Source of the DNA: Camelus ferus
Taxonomy: Eukaryota
Assembly (NCBI RefSeq): GCF_009834535.1
Contig: NC_045696.1
Span: forward strand, 110,052,001-110,116,000
Length of the DNA stretch: 64,000 nucleotides
Reading direction: 5' to 3'
Below are positions 24,556 through 38,180 of this stretch, piece after piece (the stretch's first letter is position 1; each line of letters starts with the position of its first letter). A program made the translations under genes and the position numbers. Below the pieces are notes generated by a model that had not been told where the DNA came from, did not search any database, and saw nothing but the letters and a program-made list of their open reading frames with translations.

Positions 24556-26659
24556 CTGTTTTTGTCTCTATTTATTTATTTTTTTGTAAGACTGACACAC
24601 ATGCACACACGTATTACCATGGTTAGAAAGGCCTCCCTTACTTAGTTCAGGATTACATAAATAGTTTCCTCTGGTGTTTTTTAAAATTTCATTTAGATCT
24701 GATTTTGGACTTTGTGTTATGTTTCACTTCTCTGTTTGCTCATTCTTCATTATAACAATATGTGTTGTTTAAATTAAAACTCTTGGTAGAATTAGTCCTC
24801 CATTATTACTCTTCTTTTTAAGATTTACCTTATTCTCTGAGCTGTTCCAGCCCCACCCCCAAACTAACTGTAAGATCATTTTATCAAATTTCAGAAAAAA
24901 ATGTCATTGGGATTATAGTTGGAATTATCTTCTATTTACTTTATTAATTTGGGAGAGATTGATCTCTTCAAAAATCCACGTGTGATGAAAAAATACTATT
25001 TTAAAGATTAGAGCTCTGGAGATGAGAAAAACTTTCAGAGGAAGAGAAGTACTCTTGTTTGGGGGTGGTACACAACAGCTCAGTGACTTCTTTGGTTAGG
25101 CAAATTAAAGCTCCCCTCTTTCCATCCCCAGTGTGATTCAGATGAGTAAGAGGGAGAGAGAGAGTCAGACTTCTTTCCATTATAAAATAAGAGGAAGTTT
25201 GAATTCCCAAAGGTGAGGAAAGAGAGGTTAAGGGTCCAGAAATCAGAGAGGCTGAGGAGATGTTAAACAAGAGATGCTGAGAGAAAGCGGCAATTCCTAA
25301 AGACAGCAGCAGGTGGGACCCAAGAATAAAAGATAAAGGAAGGAATTCCCCCTGAACTTGATGGTTTGTGATATTTAATTTTCCCTTGCTTCTTGTTTTA
25401 CGCTGTTTTTACTTACACACCACATCTGTCCTCCTCTTCCCCCACAATGCTTACCCACTACTAAGACCCTCAAAATCTCAGCAAAGGTCTTGCACAAAAT
25501 AGCCTTGCATTAGCAATGTTCAGCTGTGCAATCAATGAAAGAGAAGAGACTGTGTCCCAAGACAAGGGTGACAGGGAACAAAGGTAGGAGCCACAGGGGC
25601 CATAAGCAATGGTTGGTGGGCATCCACGGAGTAGAGTGCTCAGGACATGGTAAGCACTCAATATAGTGTGTTGTGAATAAACAAATGAATGAGTGAATAA
25701 ATGAATAATCAAGTAATAGGAGAGCAGAGAAATAGTTGCAGTTGATATTGATCAAGGGGAACATAAGACCCTTAATCATCTCTGGAAATGCTTAGAGATT
25801 TTTGAGAAACTGTTAAGACTTGCCACAACACATGGAATACAGCCATGTCATCTATATGTCAAAGACCTGAGCACATCAATCTGGGACACGAGATCATCTT
25901 GGCTGCACAGGGCTATCCTAACAACAAGCACCATATGGCCTAGTGTTTATTCAAAATTAATCCTTATTTAGGTCTTTCTGTGAAGTTCTGCAATATTTTT
26001 CCTTCATTTAAGTTCTACAGTTCTGTGGAGTTAATCCCTAGGCATTTTACATTTATTTATTTATTTATTTATTTATGCCACGGTGATGGAATTTCTATTT
26101 CCATTCTATTTTCTAATTGCCTCCATATGGAAATGACTCAGTTTTATGTATTCATTTTGTGACCTAACTGAACTCACTCAGAGTTCTAATGATGGTTTCT
26201 CAGCTGAGTCTTTTGGGTCAACTGTGCTGCTTTGTTGAGTTGGAGAGGCACAGTGAGAGTCCATCAAAAGCTTCTTTTTAAACATATAGTGGGAAACATT
26301 AATTGTATCTGGACCCTCAGGGGATAATTTAGGAGCTCCAGGGATGACGACAAATTCTGGGATGAAATCCTAAGAAAGTACACAGTTTTATAGCCAAAAG
26401 GCTGAAGAAAAGTAAGAGAGGAGGATGGTGAAAACACTTGACCAAACATGCAGAGACAGTGGCCCAGGAGGGGGTCTTGCTGATTATTAGCTGGGGAGGG
26501 GGGTTTGAGGGGGTGCAAGCAACCTGAACCCTTTCTTAATGAAAGCGAGCTTCACAGAATCCTGCCTCTCCCTTTGGCTTAAATGGAACAGGAGGGAAAT
26601 TTCTCTTTCATAGGCCACTTGAAATGTTCCAGTTAGAAATGTCCATGTCGCAGGGAAGA

Positions 26660-27315
26660 AGTAATAAAGAGCCCAGTGAAAAGCTCTGATCTCTGATATG
26701 CAAATTGACTTGAAATGACAAGTTCACAGAGAACAAATAAGGAAGAATAGCCAGGAAAATCCTGGGAAACAAAAACAAAAAAACCTTGACAAGTTGGAGT
26801 CAGGGTAGACAGGGACTGCCAGGCCTATCAGACATTAAAACTTACTTGAAAGCCTCTATAATTAAGGCAATTTGAAACTGACTCATGAATAGACCAAATT
26901 ACATATGGAAATTTAGTATATAATAAAGGCAGCATTATTCAATTGGTGGGCAAAAAGATGAGCTTTTAAATAAGCATTTTCAGATAACGGCAGAGTAATA
27001 TGGAAAGAGATAAAATGACTCATTCCAAACATCACACACCAGCATAAATTCTGAATGAGGCTGAGGTTTACATGTAAAAATGTAAACTGTGCAAATACTA
27101 GAAGAAAATATGAGTAATTCTTTTGTTACGTGGGGATAGAGAAGCTTTGCTAACTCTGAATCAAAGTTTGAAGCAATAAGGAAAAAGATAAAACTGTACT
27201 CATTCCAAATATTTATTACACAAAAAAATTTCATAGAAAAAACTACAATTAAGTAAAGATACAAATGAAAAACTAGAAAAAGTGTCCAACTTACAATAAG
27301 CAACGAGCTATTATC
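26660..27315 (+). mobile_element. Ancient L1 ORF2 3'-region fragment
   Basis: ctgacaagttcac-like/agaatagccaggaaaatcctg...ctatcagacattaaaactta...atactagaagaaaatatg; A-rich. Confidence 0.65.
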
Positions 27316-27844
27316 CCTAAAATTTAGTTGCAAACCCCAAATCAATACTCATGGTGCTTTAGCAGTCATTTGCATACATGTGCAAAATGGCAAAACATTT
27401 GAGTTGTTCAACACTCATATTTCCAGTGAAGGTAAAACAAGGCAAGGCTGTCCTCTTGTTTCAGCTTTCATACTGTGAACAGAGACCTTTCTACAGATTA
27501 TCTCATGCAATTTTTTTATTATCATTTTTGGGCTTCTCATTGATATCCCTGTTTGAAATCACCCCCAAGCAGAGTGCTGAAGTAGGTAAGATTTGTTCAG
27601 GCATGAGTTATAGTTTGGCCATGAGTTCAAAGGTAATGAACAAACAATGTATATTACATAAGGTGTCTTTAAACAGAAACACATATAAAATAAGACTAAA
27701 CAAGATCAGTGGACAAAAATGTGACCAGAGCTCTTAGGAACCTAATTCTGTATTTCCCCTAGGAGCAGTGGTTAAATATTCATTCACCCAGTATTTGGAA
27801 CACTTTATAGAACATAACTACTATGAATAATAAGAACCAACTGT
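27316..27844 (-). mobile_element. TcMar-Tigger element (MER82-like)
   Basis: ggaacctaattctgtatttcccctaggagc...actttatagaacataactactatgaataataagaaccaactg|TA. Confidence 0.75.
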
Positions 27845-28129
27845 ATTTGAGTTGAGCTTTAAAATATTTTGCGAGGCAAAAAATGAAGATGATCAACAAT
27901 CCAGGCCAATAGTAGAGCTTGAACAAAACACAACAACGACTCTCCATCTCTTTAGGACAAAGGAAGATCTGATTAAGCTGATGGCCATCATACCTTAGAG
28001 TGCCCTCTGGGAGGATGAGGGGGGCGAGGAATAAGAAAGTACACATATCTACTAATATCCCAGGCCTGCAAAGAAGTTTGGACGGGAGCATACTCCTCTG
28101 TTTTACACGTAAGGGTTCAGACACCAAGA

Positions 28130-28335
28130 AGTCACAGTCTTTGCTCAATTGCTCAAGATCAAACCCACTGGCTGTAAGATCTTGAGCTAGCTTCTTGACT
28201 TCTCTGCTCCTTGAATTTCTTGTTTGTAAAAAGGGTAAGCAGAGTACTTGATATGCCCGCTGCAAAGACAGACAATGCCTGCAAAGCACTTGTCCCAGTG
28301 CTTGGCGCACAGTACGGGCTCAGTGCGAGTGAACA
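28130..28335 (+). mobile_element. MIR
   Basis: gctgtaagatcttgagctagcttcttgacttctctg...tttcttgtttgtaaaaaggg...gtgcttggcgcacagtacgggctcagt. Confidence 0.7.
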
Positions 28336-29648
28336 GCTTTTGCTCAAGAGCTGAAGGTAAGATAAGGACACATCAGGCCAGAACTCACCAACTACCTCTT
28401 AACTTTACTTCCCCTAAGCTAGAAATGAACCAAAGGCTTTTGGGCTACTCCCCTAATATCCCCCTTTCTTAAATCCAGTGTCTTACTGAAATTGGATTTA
28501 GAAATTACTCATAGGGGTATATGTTGAACCTTAAGGTTTTTATTTATAATTTATACCTTTGTCTTCCTTAAAAAGGACCTGAGGAAGCTTACTACTAGAC
28601 GCAGCTTGGACAATAGAATTATTAACATATCAAAGCACATTCATGACTTCAGAAAGAGAGATCCAGAATTATGTGGAGAAAGGGGGAATTCATTTTACCA
28701 AAAGATGCAATGGCAAATTAATAAAGTCAGAAATGAAAAAGGTATATTATATGTGTCTCTCCCTTTCTCCTAAGCTGATAGTGCACAGAAATGCTGCTTC
28801 TGGTCATCTGGGGAGAGAGAACGAGGTAAACAGGAGGAGCTGATATTCAGCAAGTCAGCCCAAGGCCTGAGCACCAGGAGCACTGGGTAACTTCAGGAAG
28901 GCAAGTGTGAAGGTTTCTCAGGTTCACTTACCCCGTAAGTCACAAATGGATGCAACTGTCCACGGGGCTGGGTTTGGGTTACAATGGTGATTTCTGCCAA
29001 ATTCTTTTGACACAGATGCTTTGCATATTAAACACAGGAATATCCTCCACTTCCATAAAGAAATAGATATTCTCTCATTTTTTTCTTGAAAATTGTAGCC
29101 CTCCTAGCCTTTCTTCCAAATTCTCTCACTTTTGTGCAAGAAGCAGTTCACTTTCCTCTGAACCTGTGATCAACGGTGTGAGCGTGATTACAGTGACTGC
29201 ACTTTGTCTCAGTTCTGGGAGTTTATAGGAAGTAGTTGGACGATAGTGAACTACAAAGCACGAGAAAACAGTGGTTTTTGTCTACAGCCAGTTGTCAGCA
29301 GGAAAACGGGTCTGTTTTTTTTCTTTAAGACACGGAAAATCTCAAAAAAACGTTTCCCCTAAATTTTTTGAGAGGCCAGACATTTTAGAGAAATCTCCCT
29401 ATTTAAAAATACTAGCAATTCATGTGGGTCAAGCCACAGAGAAATAGGGCCGTGTGATCTCTGACTTCTGAAGTCTCTCCTGACACAGAACCTGCAGGAG
29501 CGCTCTCCTAGCGAGCTGAGGGGCAGAGTGCAGGGCTGCGGACAGGAAGCCCTGGGGCTCTGCCTCCCACCTTCTCTCCATTCCACTTGCCGTCCAGGAA
29601 CCCTGAGGTCCCGTAAACTTTAAACGCTAACAAAAAAAAACACCTTCA

Positions 29649-30532
29649 GCAACACGGATGGACCTGGAGATTGTCATTCTAAGTGAAGTAAGCCAGAAAG
29701 AAAGAAAAATACCATATGATGTCATTCATATGTGGAATCTTAAAAAAAAAAAAAAGACAAACAAACTTATTTACAAGACAGAAACATACTTACAGACATA
29801 GAAAACAAACTTATGGTTACCAGGAGGGCAGGGTGTGGGGAGGGATAAATTGGGAGTTTGAGATTTGCAGATACTTACTACTATATATAAAGAAGATAAA
29901 CAAGTTTCTACTGTATAGCACAGGGAACTACATTCAATATCTTGCAGTAACCTATGGTGAAAAGAAGATGAAAACGAATATATGTATATTCATGTACTGT
30001 AACAGAAAAGAACAAATCTGACTCCATATTAGATCTGTTCCTTTGGCTTTAACGCTGTGCCCTGTTTTCTAGGCTTAGTCTTGCTAGCTCTGCACTCATG
30101 TAAAGATAACAAGTTGCAGAATAGAGAGTAACATTTATTTTGTTGGAAGTTTTGTAGGAGCACCATGAGCTGGCCCACGTGGTCAGCTGCAAGAACAAAG
30201 AATTCGTACACCAAGACATTTGCAACAACCAACCATCCCCTCCCCTTTGTATAAAAGGAACTTGTATTCTGACTGGGGGAGGATGGTTCTCCAAGACATT
30301 CGTCTGCCATCCACTCATCTGTCAGCTTTCTGAATAAAGTCACCATTCCTTGCCCCAACACCTTATCTCTGGATTTACTGGCCTGTCGTGTGGCAAGCAA
30401 AACGAGTTTGGACTCAGTAACAGTATGACTGAAGCATTGTGCTGTACACCAGAAATTGACACAACATTGTAAACTGACTATACGTCAATAAAAATACATA
30501 CACAATTGAAAACAAACAAAACAAAACAAAAC
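29649..30532 (+). mobile_element. 5'-truncated lineage-specific L1 with (AAAAC)n tail, interrupted by an LTR
   Basis: atggacctggagattgtcattctaagtgaagtaagccag...; 13-bp TSD AAAAACACCTTCA at 29636-29648 and 30533-30545. Confidence 0.92.
29998..30422 (+). mobile_element. Solo ERV LTR, 425 bp, nested in the L1
   Basis: TGTAAC...GTAACA ends; TSD GTAC/GTAT; TATAAAA at ~30250, AATAAA at ~30333; removing it restores the L1 catgtatgactgaag. Confidence 0.9.
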
Positions 30533-31125
30533 AAAAACACCTTCAATACAGCTCCTTTCCTCTCCTCCTATTCATATTTCCTTCTCTGAAAAAGAAAAGA
30601 AAATATTGGAGGTTGTCAGATCCACTGAGATGCTGAATTCCAAACAAAAGGTCAAAAATTATTTGTCTCCTGCGAAGGAAAATTCCTACAAAAGGGGATC
30701 AATTGACGTGGATTCTGCCTGGAGGATTGAGCTGGTAACTGCCTGAACGTTCCTCAAGACCAGCTGGAGTTTATCTGCGTTTGTTGGAGGAGGGCGTTCT
30801 GCTGTCCACAGCCACTGAAGTCAGCAACAGGGTAAAAATAGAACCAGAAGTTTGAGGCATATGAGAATGACACAGACCTCCTCCTTCCGGCCTTAAAGTG
30901 TATTAAGACCATTTATCTCATTTGAGGAGACAGAAGGGTGCTTGTGTGAGGTAAAGAATACACATCGCACTTCTGTTTTTATGGCTTTGATATTAAAGAC
31001 TGAACACTGAGGTCAAGGAATTAAACGATACTGTAGCACTGCCAAATACTAAAGGGCCACGTTCTGTCATTTTGACTGCACTGCTTATGAAAAAGATTAT
31101 TTCTTGTCCAAAGCAAACTCATGCC

Positions 31126-31302
31126 TTTTTCTTTTTTCTTGTTTTTTTTTTTTAACATTTTTTATTGATTTATAATCATTTTACAATGTTGTTTCAAATT
31201 CCAGTGTTCAGCACAATTTTTCAGTTATTCATGGACATATACACACTCATTGTCACATTTTTTTCTCTGTGAGTTATCATAACATTTTGTGTATATTTCC
31301 CT
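31126..31302 (-). mobile_element. Short lineage-specific L1 3' end
   Basis: tttaacattttttattgatttataatcattttacaatgttg..., closely related to 3175-3330; no TSD seen. Confidence 0.9.
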
Positions 31303-33889
31303 TTCACAGTGCCTGAAAAACATCCTTAGCAATTGAATTTGGGGATCTAAAAAAATATGTGCATTTCCTTTGGGTAGCAGACATTTGTTCTGAAAGATGT
31401 GCCAAGTTTTATAATGGAAAGGGAGGCAGGGCCTCATGAAACAGGCAACACTCTCATCAGAACATTTTATATGTGGAAAGAGCATTTAAACCCATGATGC
31501 GTGTGTTGAATAGGCAACGTATTCCAGGGTGTGCAATTATTCACAAAATCATAGTCATCGCTAAATTTTAATTTTGACCTTTAACTTCAAACTCTCTATT
31601 TTTTCCATTCCCCTTCGTTAGTTCCTTCCATCCCATTTAAGTCCACATAAAAGCTTCTCTAATTCTTGAACTACTAGGAAGACAGTTTTAATTTGTGGCT
31701 CTGGTTTAATCTTTCAAAATATCTAATTTATGTCAAGCGATTCCACAGGATAGGTAGAGTCTGTTGAATGTGCACTTGGAATAAAAATTATAATGAAATG
31801 AAAAATTATGTGGTCAAGAGTGGGGTTGGCCAGTGCAGAACAGGGGGAGCTGCCACTTGAAGAGCGAGGATTAAGGTCACGGGTTAAGACCAGTGTAGAC
31901 AAGTTCAGTTCATGGGGTATTCCAAGCATTTCTGATGATTCTCAGCCTTACTCCTTGTGCTAGGAAGCATGAATAAAGTAATACATTTGACCTCACCTGA
32001 AATATCGAATAGCTCATTTAACTATGTTGATAATTCAACCTTCCTCTGATGACTGCAAATGCTAGAAGAAGTATCTCGAAGTACCAAGACTGGTGTTCCC
32101 TAAACCAGCTGATGGTCAGAATCTATTTTAAAAATAAATTCCTCGGTCTTTCCCTAAGGAATTCTAATTCCAGATTCTTAGATGGGACAATTTTAAAAGG
32201 CTCTCAGGTCAGCTCTCATGATAAGCCAGGGATGGATACCAAGACCAAATCTAGCAGCTCTAACCCAGACTACACATCGGAACCCTGGGGGAGCACCAGC
32301 TGCTGGAGACTGAGGGATCCCTGCCCCCGCTGGAGACAGCACTGGAGCCACAGTGAAGCCAGTCCCCGTGTTCTTCTTCCTGAAACTGGCAGTTTTCTGA
32401 GAGATGGAGGAAGTGGAATGGTACATGAAGTCACATTTGCAAGTTATATTCAAAACAGAAAATGAATGATTCAATGTTTCTTAAATATTTAGATCCACAG
32501 CCTCTCATGCAATTCAAGTTTTAAGCAACATGAACTCTTTCTGATCTTTTCCTCAGTCTCTCTTTGATAAATCTCTCACATGTCCCTGCTTTTTGTTTCT
32601 TAGGGATGCCCAAGATTAAGAGATTAGGACTGGAAGGAAGAGAGACTGAGGTTCGTCGAAGAGGGTGTGGAAGCTGTATGCGGACTGAGAGTCTGGCACT
32701 CAGCCAAAACCACCATCATCTCCAAATCGCCTGTTCCCAAGGTGGAGTGACGTTCCTGCTCCTGAGCACTGCATTCACAGAGGAAATAGAGTGAGGGGCT
32801 GAGGCTGCAAATTCTGAGGTGGGAGCAGGGCGAGGGCCACCCTGAAGGACCACAGCCAACCGAGCAGAGAGAAGCGGGGCAGGAAGATACAGGACAAGCA
32901 GCAGTGAGCCTGGAGATCCAGTCTTGGGAAAACACTGAGTGCCACCGTGTAACAAGCACGTGCTAGTAGCAGGGGCCGGGGAGAAAAGCAAGTGAGGCAC
33001 AGTCACTGCCCTCCAGCAGCCTGCAGTCCAGCACGGGGAGAGACCATCGTGTCAAAGATCACTCTACAGCCGGCTTTGGCTCCACCAGGCGAATTACACA
33101 AATTCTTACATTATGTTACAGCAAATGATAACAAATTAGAAAATGTGTTACCCTTCCTGTCTCAGCACCCGTATCTGTAAAACAGGCATCACACCTACAT
33201 GGAAAGGTGGTTTTGAGAATGAAATAACATTCCTTTCCCTTTAGAAGAAGGAAAAACGACATGTTCTGGGGAGTACCAGTAAGGTTTTTGAAGGAGATGG
33301 AATCTGCTGTAAACTTTCAAAGCTAAGAAGGATTTTGATTGGTAAATGTGCTGAGTGAGGACAGTAAGGCGGGAGTCTGGATGAATTCATTAAACAACAG
33401 GAAAGCTATGACTGGCTGCTTTCGAATCTCTAAGCAGTGTAGTTTTGGATATCATGTGACTGGCTCTCCAGCTTCTCAAACAGGGTTGGGCCAGAGTTCT
33501 CACCTTCTAGGGGTGGTGGGTAGGGGAGGAGGTGTGGAGGAGAGGACAGGACTGACAGGGAAGCGGCAGGCAGTAGTTGGGAAGCAGAGATGGAGGCTGG
33601 GTTCCCAAGTCTCAGTCTTCCCAGATCCAAACAATAAAACAAAACAAATGCTTACTAACCATGAGATAGCTGGAATGTTACTCCCCTGGAAGTCCCCGAT
33701 AGCTACAGGACCCAGAATTGTCCCCATCAGTGTTTACACTAGATGACCACCACTAGCTGGTGCCAGACCCAAGTTTACACCTGGCTAGAACTAGATCATG
33801 CAGCTGGATCCTAAGATCTCTAGGCTACCCAGGTAGGCACTCTGGTCATCTCATCAATTCCATAGTAATGTAACTGCATGGTTTACAAA

Positions 33890-34060
33890 ATGGGGTTCTC
33901 AAAATGTGCTCCTCAGACCACCAGCAGCACCCAGGACGGTGTGAGAAATGCAAAGTATCAAGCTCCACCCTACACCCACTGATTCAGAAACTCTGGGGAT
34001 GGGGCCCAGCAGTCTGCACCTCAACAGGCCCTCCAGGATGCACACTAATGTTTTGCCCAG
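33890..34060. mobile_element. MER5A-like MITE
   Basis: ggttctcaaaatgtgctcctcagaccaccagca...gattcagaaactctggggatggggcccagcagtctg. Confidence 0.75.
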
Positions 34061-34834
34061 GTGAAGTTCTGGACCCCTTTATTACGCTATAGCAGGGCTT
34101 TAAATCATTTACATCTTCAAAGAACCAGTAAGTGAGGGAGGGGAGAGTTGGAGCAGAAAGACCCACTTCCAAGGTCTCTTTCAACTGTAACAGACCGTAA
34201 CTCATCAGTTCCCCAGCGGGGACAGTGTTTGTAGTTCGTTAGTTCAGATTGTTGGTGTTTGCAGCTCTTGTTGGGAGCATTGGCACAGTGTGTCTGAATT
34301 CTACTGGCTAATGTAGAAATCCCACACATTTCCCTTATTTGACTTTTTAGGCTAGTATTATTAATGCTCTGTGGGTGACCCCCGCGTGGGGTGGGGAGCA
34401 TATTAACACATGGACTCTGCGGCAGGAAAACCAACAAAATGACTGCAATGTAGTTGTCTCTGCTGTGGTTATACACAACCAGTAAGAACTAGACCTTTCA
34501 CTGAATTAAAATCCTAGACACAGGCAGCCAGAATTGATTTAAACAATTAAATCCTAGAACAACTACATTCAAATAAACCTTTCATCTAGAACATAAAAGA
34601 CGTAACAATGACAGCCAATACTTAAAGGTAAATCAAATGTGTAAGCCAACTGTGCCTTGCAAATCAGCCCAAACCAAAAGTCTAAAATTTAAGGGTCTAA
34701 AAGTTGAAGAAAATTGAGCTACATTTCAAGGAAATCAGACTGGGGATGAGCCAGGATTTAAAAAACCATTAGCCATCTCTTTTCCAGGGCTGTCCTTCCT
34801 CAAGCTGTTGATACACATTGACATTTGGATGCAG

Positions 34835-34975
34835 GCTTTGTAAATTAAAATGTAAGTTCTGGGGAGGCAGAAATTCTGTCTAACTTGACCACTGCCATAT
34901 CCTCAGTGCTTAGAATAGGGACAGGCTCAGACAGGGAATAGCTAGCATTCAGCATATTAAATAACTGCATGAATG
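34835..34975 (+). mobile_element. L2 3' end
   Basis: aaatgtaagttctggggaggcagaaattctgtc...tatcctcagtgcttagaatag...tgcatgaatga. Confidence 0.6.
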
Positions 34976-35011
34976 ATCCTTCAAAATTGATGTACTGTGC
35001 ACAAAACTGTG

Positions 35012-35172
35012 GTACTGTCAAACAGAATTTTCTGTGATGATACAAATGTTCTGTAAGTTGTGTTGCCCAGTACAACAGCCACTAGCTACAGGTGGCTATT
35101 GAACACTTAAAATGTGGCTGGTGTAGCTGGGGCATGAAATTTAAATTGAATTGGCTGCGATATTGGACACAT
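35012..35172. mobile_element. MER3-like hAT MITE
   Basis: ctgtcaaacagaattttctgtgatga...agccactagctacaggtggctattgaacacttaaaatgtggct...attggaca. Confidence 0.75.
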
Positions 35173-35869
35173 GGTTACAGAGGCTGGGGAAAATGTGTGT
35201 GTGAGAAAAACAATAAAAGAAAAGAAAAACAATGAGTGTGTAGCGCAGAAAACTTATTGTCTATGATGCTGACCCTGGGAAGTGGTTCAGGTAAGGGCAG
35301 GCTGGGTGGGCAACGCTTCCTGGGCTCCAGATTCTACCCCCCTTCCCTCCAACCCACTAGAGGCTGTGTGCAGCTGCTGAAGCAGGAAAGACTGGGTTTC
35401 AGATCTAAGGAGAAGAGTCTTCACTCCTCTCCCACCAGGGACAAAGTGGTTTTGAATCCATGGACACAACAGCTGGTGGAAGACTGGCTGCTGGACGGCA
35501 AAGGACACCAGTGTCTGTAGGAGCAAAGGCAGTGATGTGCGCAGGGCTTCCCTCTTGGCTTGGCTTGCTTGCTGGTTCACGTGCTCATTCATCCAATCAT
35601 TGTCACTCATTCAAGTAACTTCAGCATCTTCACTAAGAGCCAGGCCCTGCTTTCTCGGTTTCCGCTCTCTGGGGATGCTCTACCACGGACTGCCCCTTGG
35701 AATCGGGTCAGGCCTTGAGGTTCTTGGGCTTGCCACAAATAGAAGAAATCCTGGGAAGAAAGGGCTGCCTTGCAAACGGAGATGATTACATAAGAGCCAT
35801 TTAATCTTAATTTTAAAAAGTTACGCCCTTTTTTCTCTGCCTAAACTAGTGGAGACTGCTTGTCATTTA

Positions 35870-36400
35870 TGTGGTATAAGATCTCAAATTAAGGCTTGCT
35901 ATTATATGCTGCCTTGACATCTGGTACAATCGGGAAGGACTTCAGTGGCCTACCTGCAAGTTCCCCTTCCCTCTCTGCTCCACTGGTCAAGGCCTCCTAG
36001 ACAAGCAACTCTCCTTATCAAAGGGACCAGGCGTAGCTCCTGCTCACCCCTCAGTAGCAGGCTCCAGTTCCCTGGAAGCAAGTGGAGTTATTCAAACAAG
36101 CCAATCCCATCGTCCGCAGGAACCAGGAGGCTCCCAGCCTCTTGACTCCACAAAGACTGCCTCCCACAGCCTTTGGTTGTTCACGCTTCTCCAGAATGCA
36201 GCTCCTGTGTGGCCCTGCGTGGCATGCCCTGTCCTCTTCTCCCAGCTCCGAGTTCAGCTGAGAGACATGACTGTTCAGCTGCTGTCAACCTCATCAATCC
36301 AGCACTGGGTGCGTGTCTGGCCATCCCCGAACCCCTAGGGTGGGATCCCTCCTGGGACCCCCTCCCTCACCAAGGAAGTGGACAGGAAGTGATTCAAACA
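35870..36400 (+). mobile_element. ERV LTR (MER21/MER77-group-like)
   Basis: TG...CA ends; gctgccttgacatctggt, ccttatcaaagggaccagg, attcaaacaagccaatc. Confidence 0.65.
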
Positions 36401-36679
36401 TGTTCTACGTGTTTTAGTAAACTCTTCATAAGTAATTCATCAGTTGTTGCGGGGCCAGATAGCATGTGTTGATATTCAGGACAACCTCCACCCTTCTGAG
36501 CTCTCCCTTGTCTCTCAGGGGCATAAAGCCTGGAAACGACATTTCTCAGAGGCCCTTGTCATTGGGATTCCCGTTAGATGCCCACCCATCAGAGGCACTT
36601 CCATGACCTGTGAAAGAGAAAAGCCCAGGAGCAGCTCCCTGAGCAGGGCTCACACTTTCACAACTCCATTCCTTCTGGT

Positions 36680-36975
36680 CCCTCTGCCTAGAGTGCTGGG
36701 CTCTACTCTGTTCTTCCTTTGCCTGTCCAAACTCCACTCATTTTTCAAGGGCTGGTTTAAACATCATCTCTTCTGTGGACCTTGATCAAAACAGTTTCAT
36801 GGGACAGGAAGGAAAAGGAAAGCACCTTTGTTAAAGCAGAGTCAATGGGATAGAAAGGTAGACTGATCTGAGAGCAGGGTTCTTGTCTACCTTGGTCTCT
36901 GCTATTTCCCCAGGGCTTAAGAACAAAGTCTTGCACACAGCTGGTAATCAATAAACACTCATTGAGGTCATGAAT
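36680..36975 (+). mobile_element. L2 3' fragment
   Basis: actcatttttcaagg...agagcagggttcttgtct...ccccagggcttaagaaca...caataaa. Confidence 0.55.
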
Positions 36976-37109
36976 TAGTAAAAGTATATGAAGATGGGGC
37001 AAAATCAGATTTTTTGAGCTAAATAATATTTTGAATCAATAATTATAGTTAACTATATTATTAAATATCCATAGCCCTTTCTTGGAGGAGTAAAGACACT
37101 GATGATCTG

Positions 37110-38180
37110 TGATAGGCATGTAGTGTTAGGGAACAATAAATTTTTGTTTTAAGTTACTCAGATCTGGGGGTCTTTTGTTACCATAGCATAACTTAGCATA
37201 TCCTGACTAATAAAGTAGTTATTATCAGGAATGGGGTGCTTCTGTAACAACAAAAAGCCCTAAAATTCAGGGCAATGACTTGGGGCCAGGCAGTGGTCCC
37301 GTAAGGAAACCTGGTAGAGTCTGGAAGAATGGCAATCCATTCTGTAGCAGGAAAACATTTGCTAAAACTGTCACCTGTGACAACTTAGAATATACATAAT
37401 GCACCTAATGAATTTGTTGCTTTAGGTGAAGAGGGTGAAAAATGGAATGATAACAGCATCCTCTGATTGCTGTTGGCTGCATCTGACAAGGTATCATGAG
37501 AAAGAGATGCTTTACAAAAAGAAATGAACACTCTATAAAACAGAAATAAAAGGGACTGAGAGCCCAGAAATTCCAAGTCTTATTCTTACAGAATTAGAAG
37601 AAGCAACGTTTTTACAATCCAAAATGTAGCAGAAAAAACTAAGGAGACCTTTGAACCATCTCAGTCTCAGGGCAAGGACCAAATTAATGATGTGGACTTC
37701 ATAACCTTTAAAAAAAACCCCTCTGAATGACTTAAAGTGGTCTCCAGGTGGACAAAATGGCCCAGGAAAAAGACTAGGGGTGTCTCCTTTAAAAGGTCTG
37801 GGAAAAAGAGACTAAAGGTGTCTTCCCCAAAGTTTAAGAACATAAGATTAAGTTTAGAGAGAGAAGAAGGATTTCCTTCTCTGCCCAAGCCTGGTGATGT
37901 GATCTGTTTGGCTAATGAGTCATGAGCAGGAGTGATGCGTGTCGATTCTGGACGGAAGCTTTAACAGCCTGTGCACAATTAACAGGAAGTTAATTCCCCC
38001 TTCCCCTCCACCACAAGACTGGCAGTGTTCCAGACAGAGGCTACACCATCAGCCTGGGACTCGGAGTAAACATGACAGTAGGCAGAATTACAGCCCTTCC
38101 TTGCTGGCATGTACCATGAATGAGAAATTAACTTGTGAGGCTGTCTGCTACCACAGCGTAGGGCAGCCTACCCGGACAGA
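37110..38180 (+). mobile_element. Degenerate MaLR remnant: LTR 3' end, internal sequence, second LTR 3' part (MLT1J/K-like)
   Basis: ttgttaccatagcataacttagcatatcctgactaat followed by ggaatggggtgcttctgtaac (start of MLT internal region); second LTR end catcagcctggga...ctaccacagcgtagggcagcctacc. Confidence 0.6.

Noticed and set aside
27780..28310. 176-aa minus-strand ORF
   Set aside because: Starts in a MIR and ends in a Tigger relic; no recognisable protein similarity.
3175..30532. Inverted L1 pair flanking the exon as a driver of circular RNA
   Set aside because: The copies are diverged and 7-18 kb from the exon, and a single 86-nt exon is a poor circularisation candidate.
33750..33763. CTCF-like motif CCACTAGCTGGTGC, and scattered AP-1 (TGAGTCA) and E-box sites
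   Set aside because: Short imperfect motifs are expected by chance in 64 kb; no supporting data.
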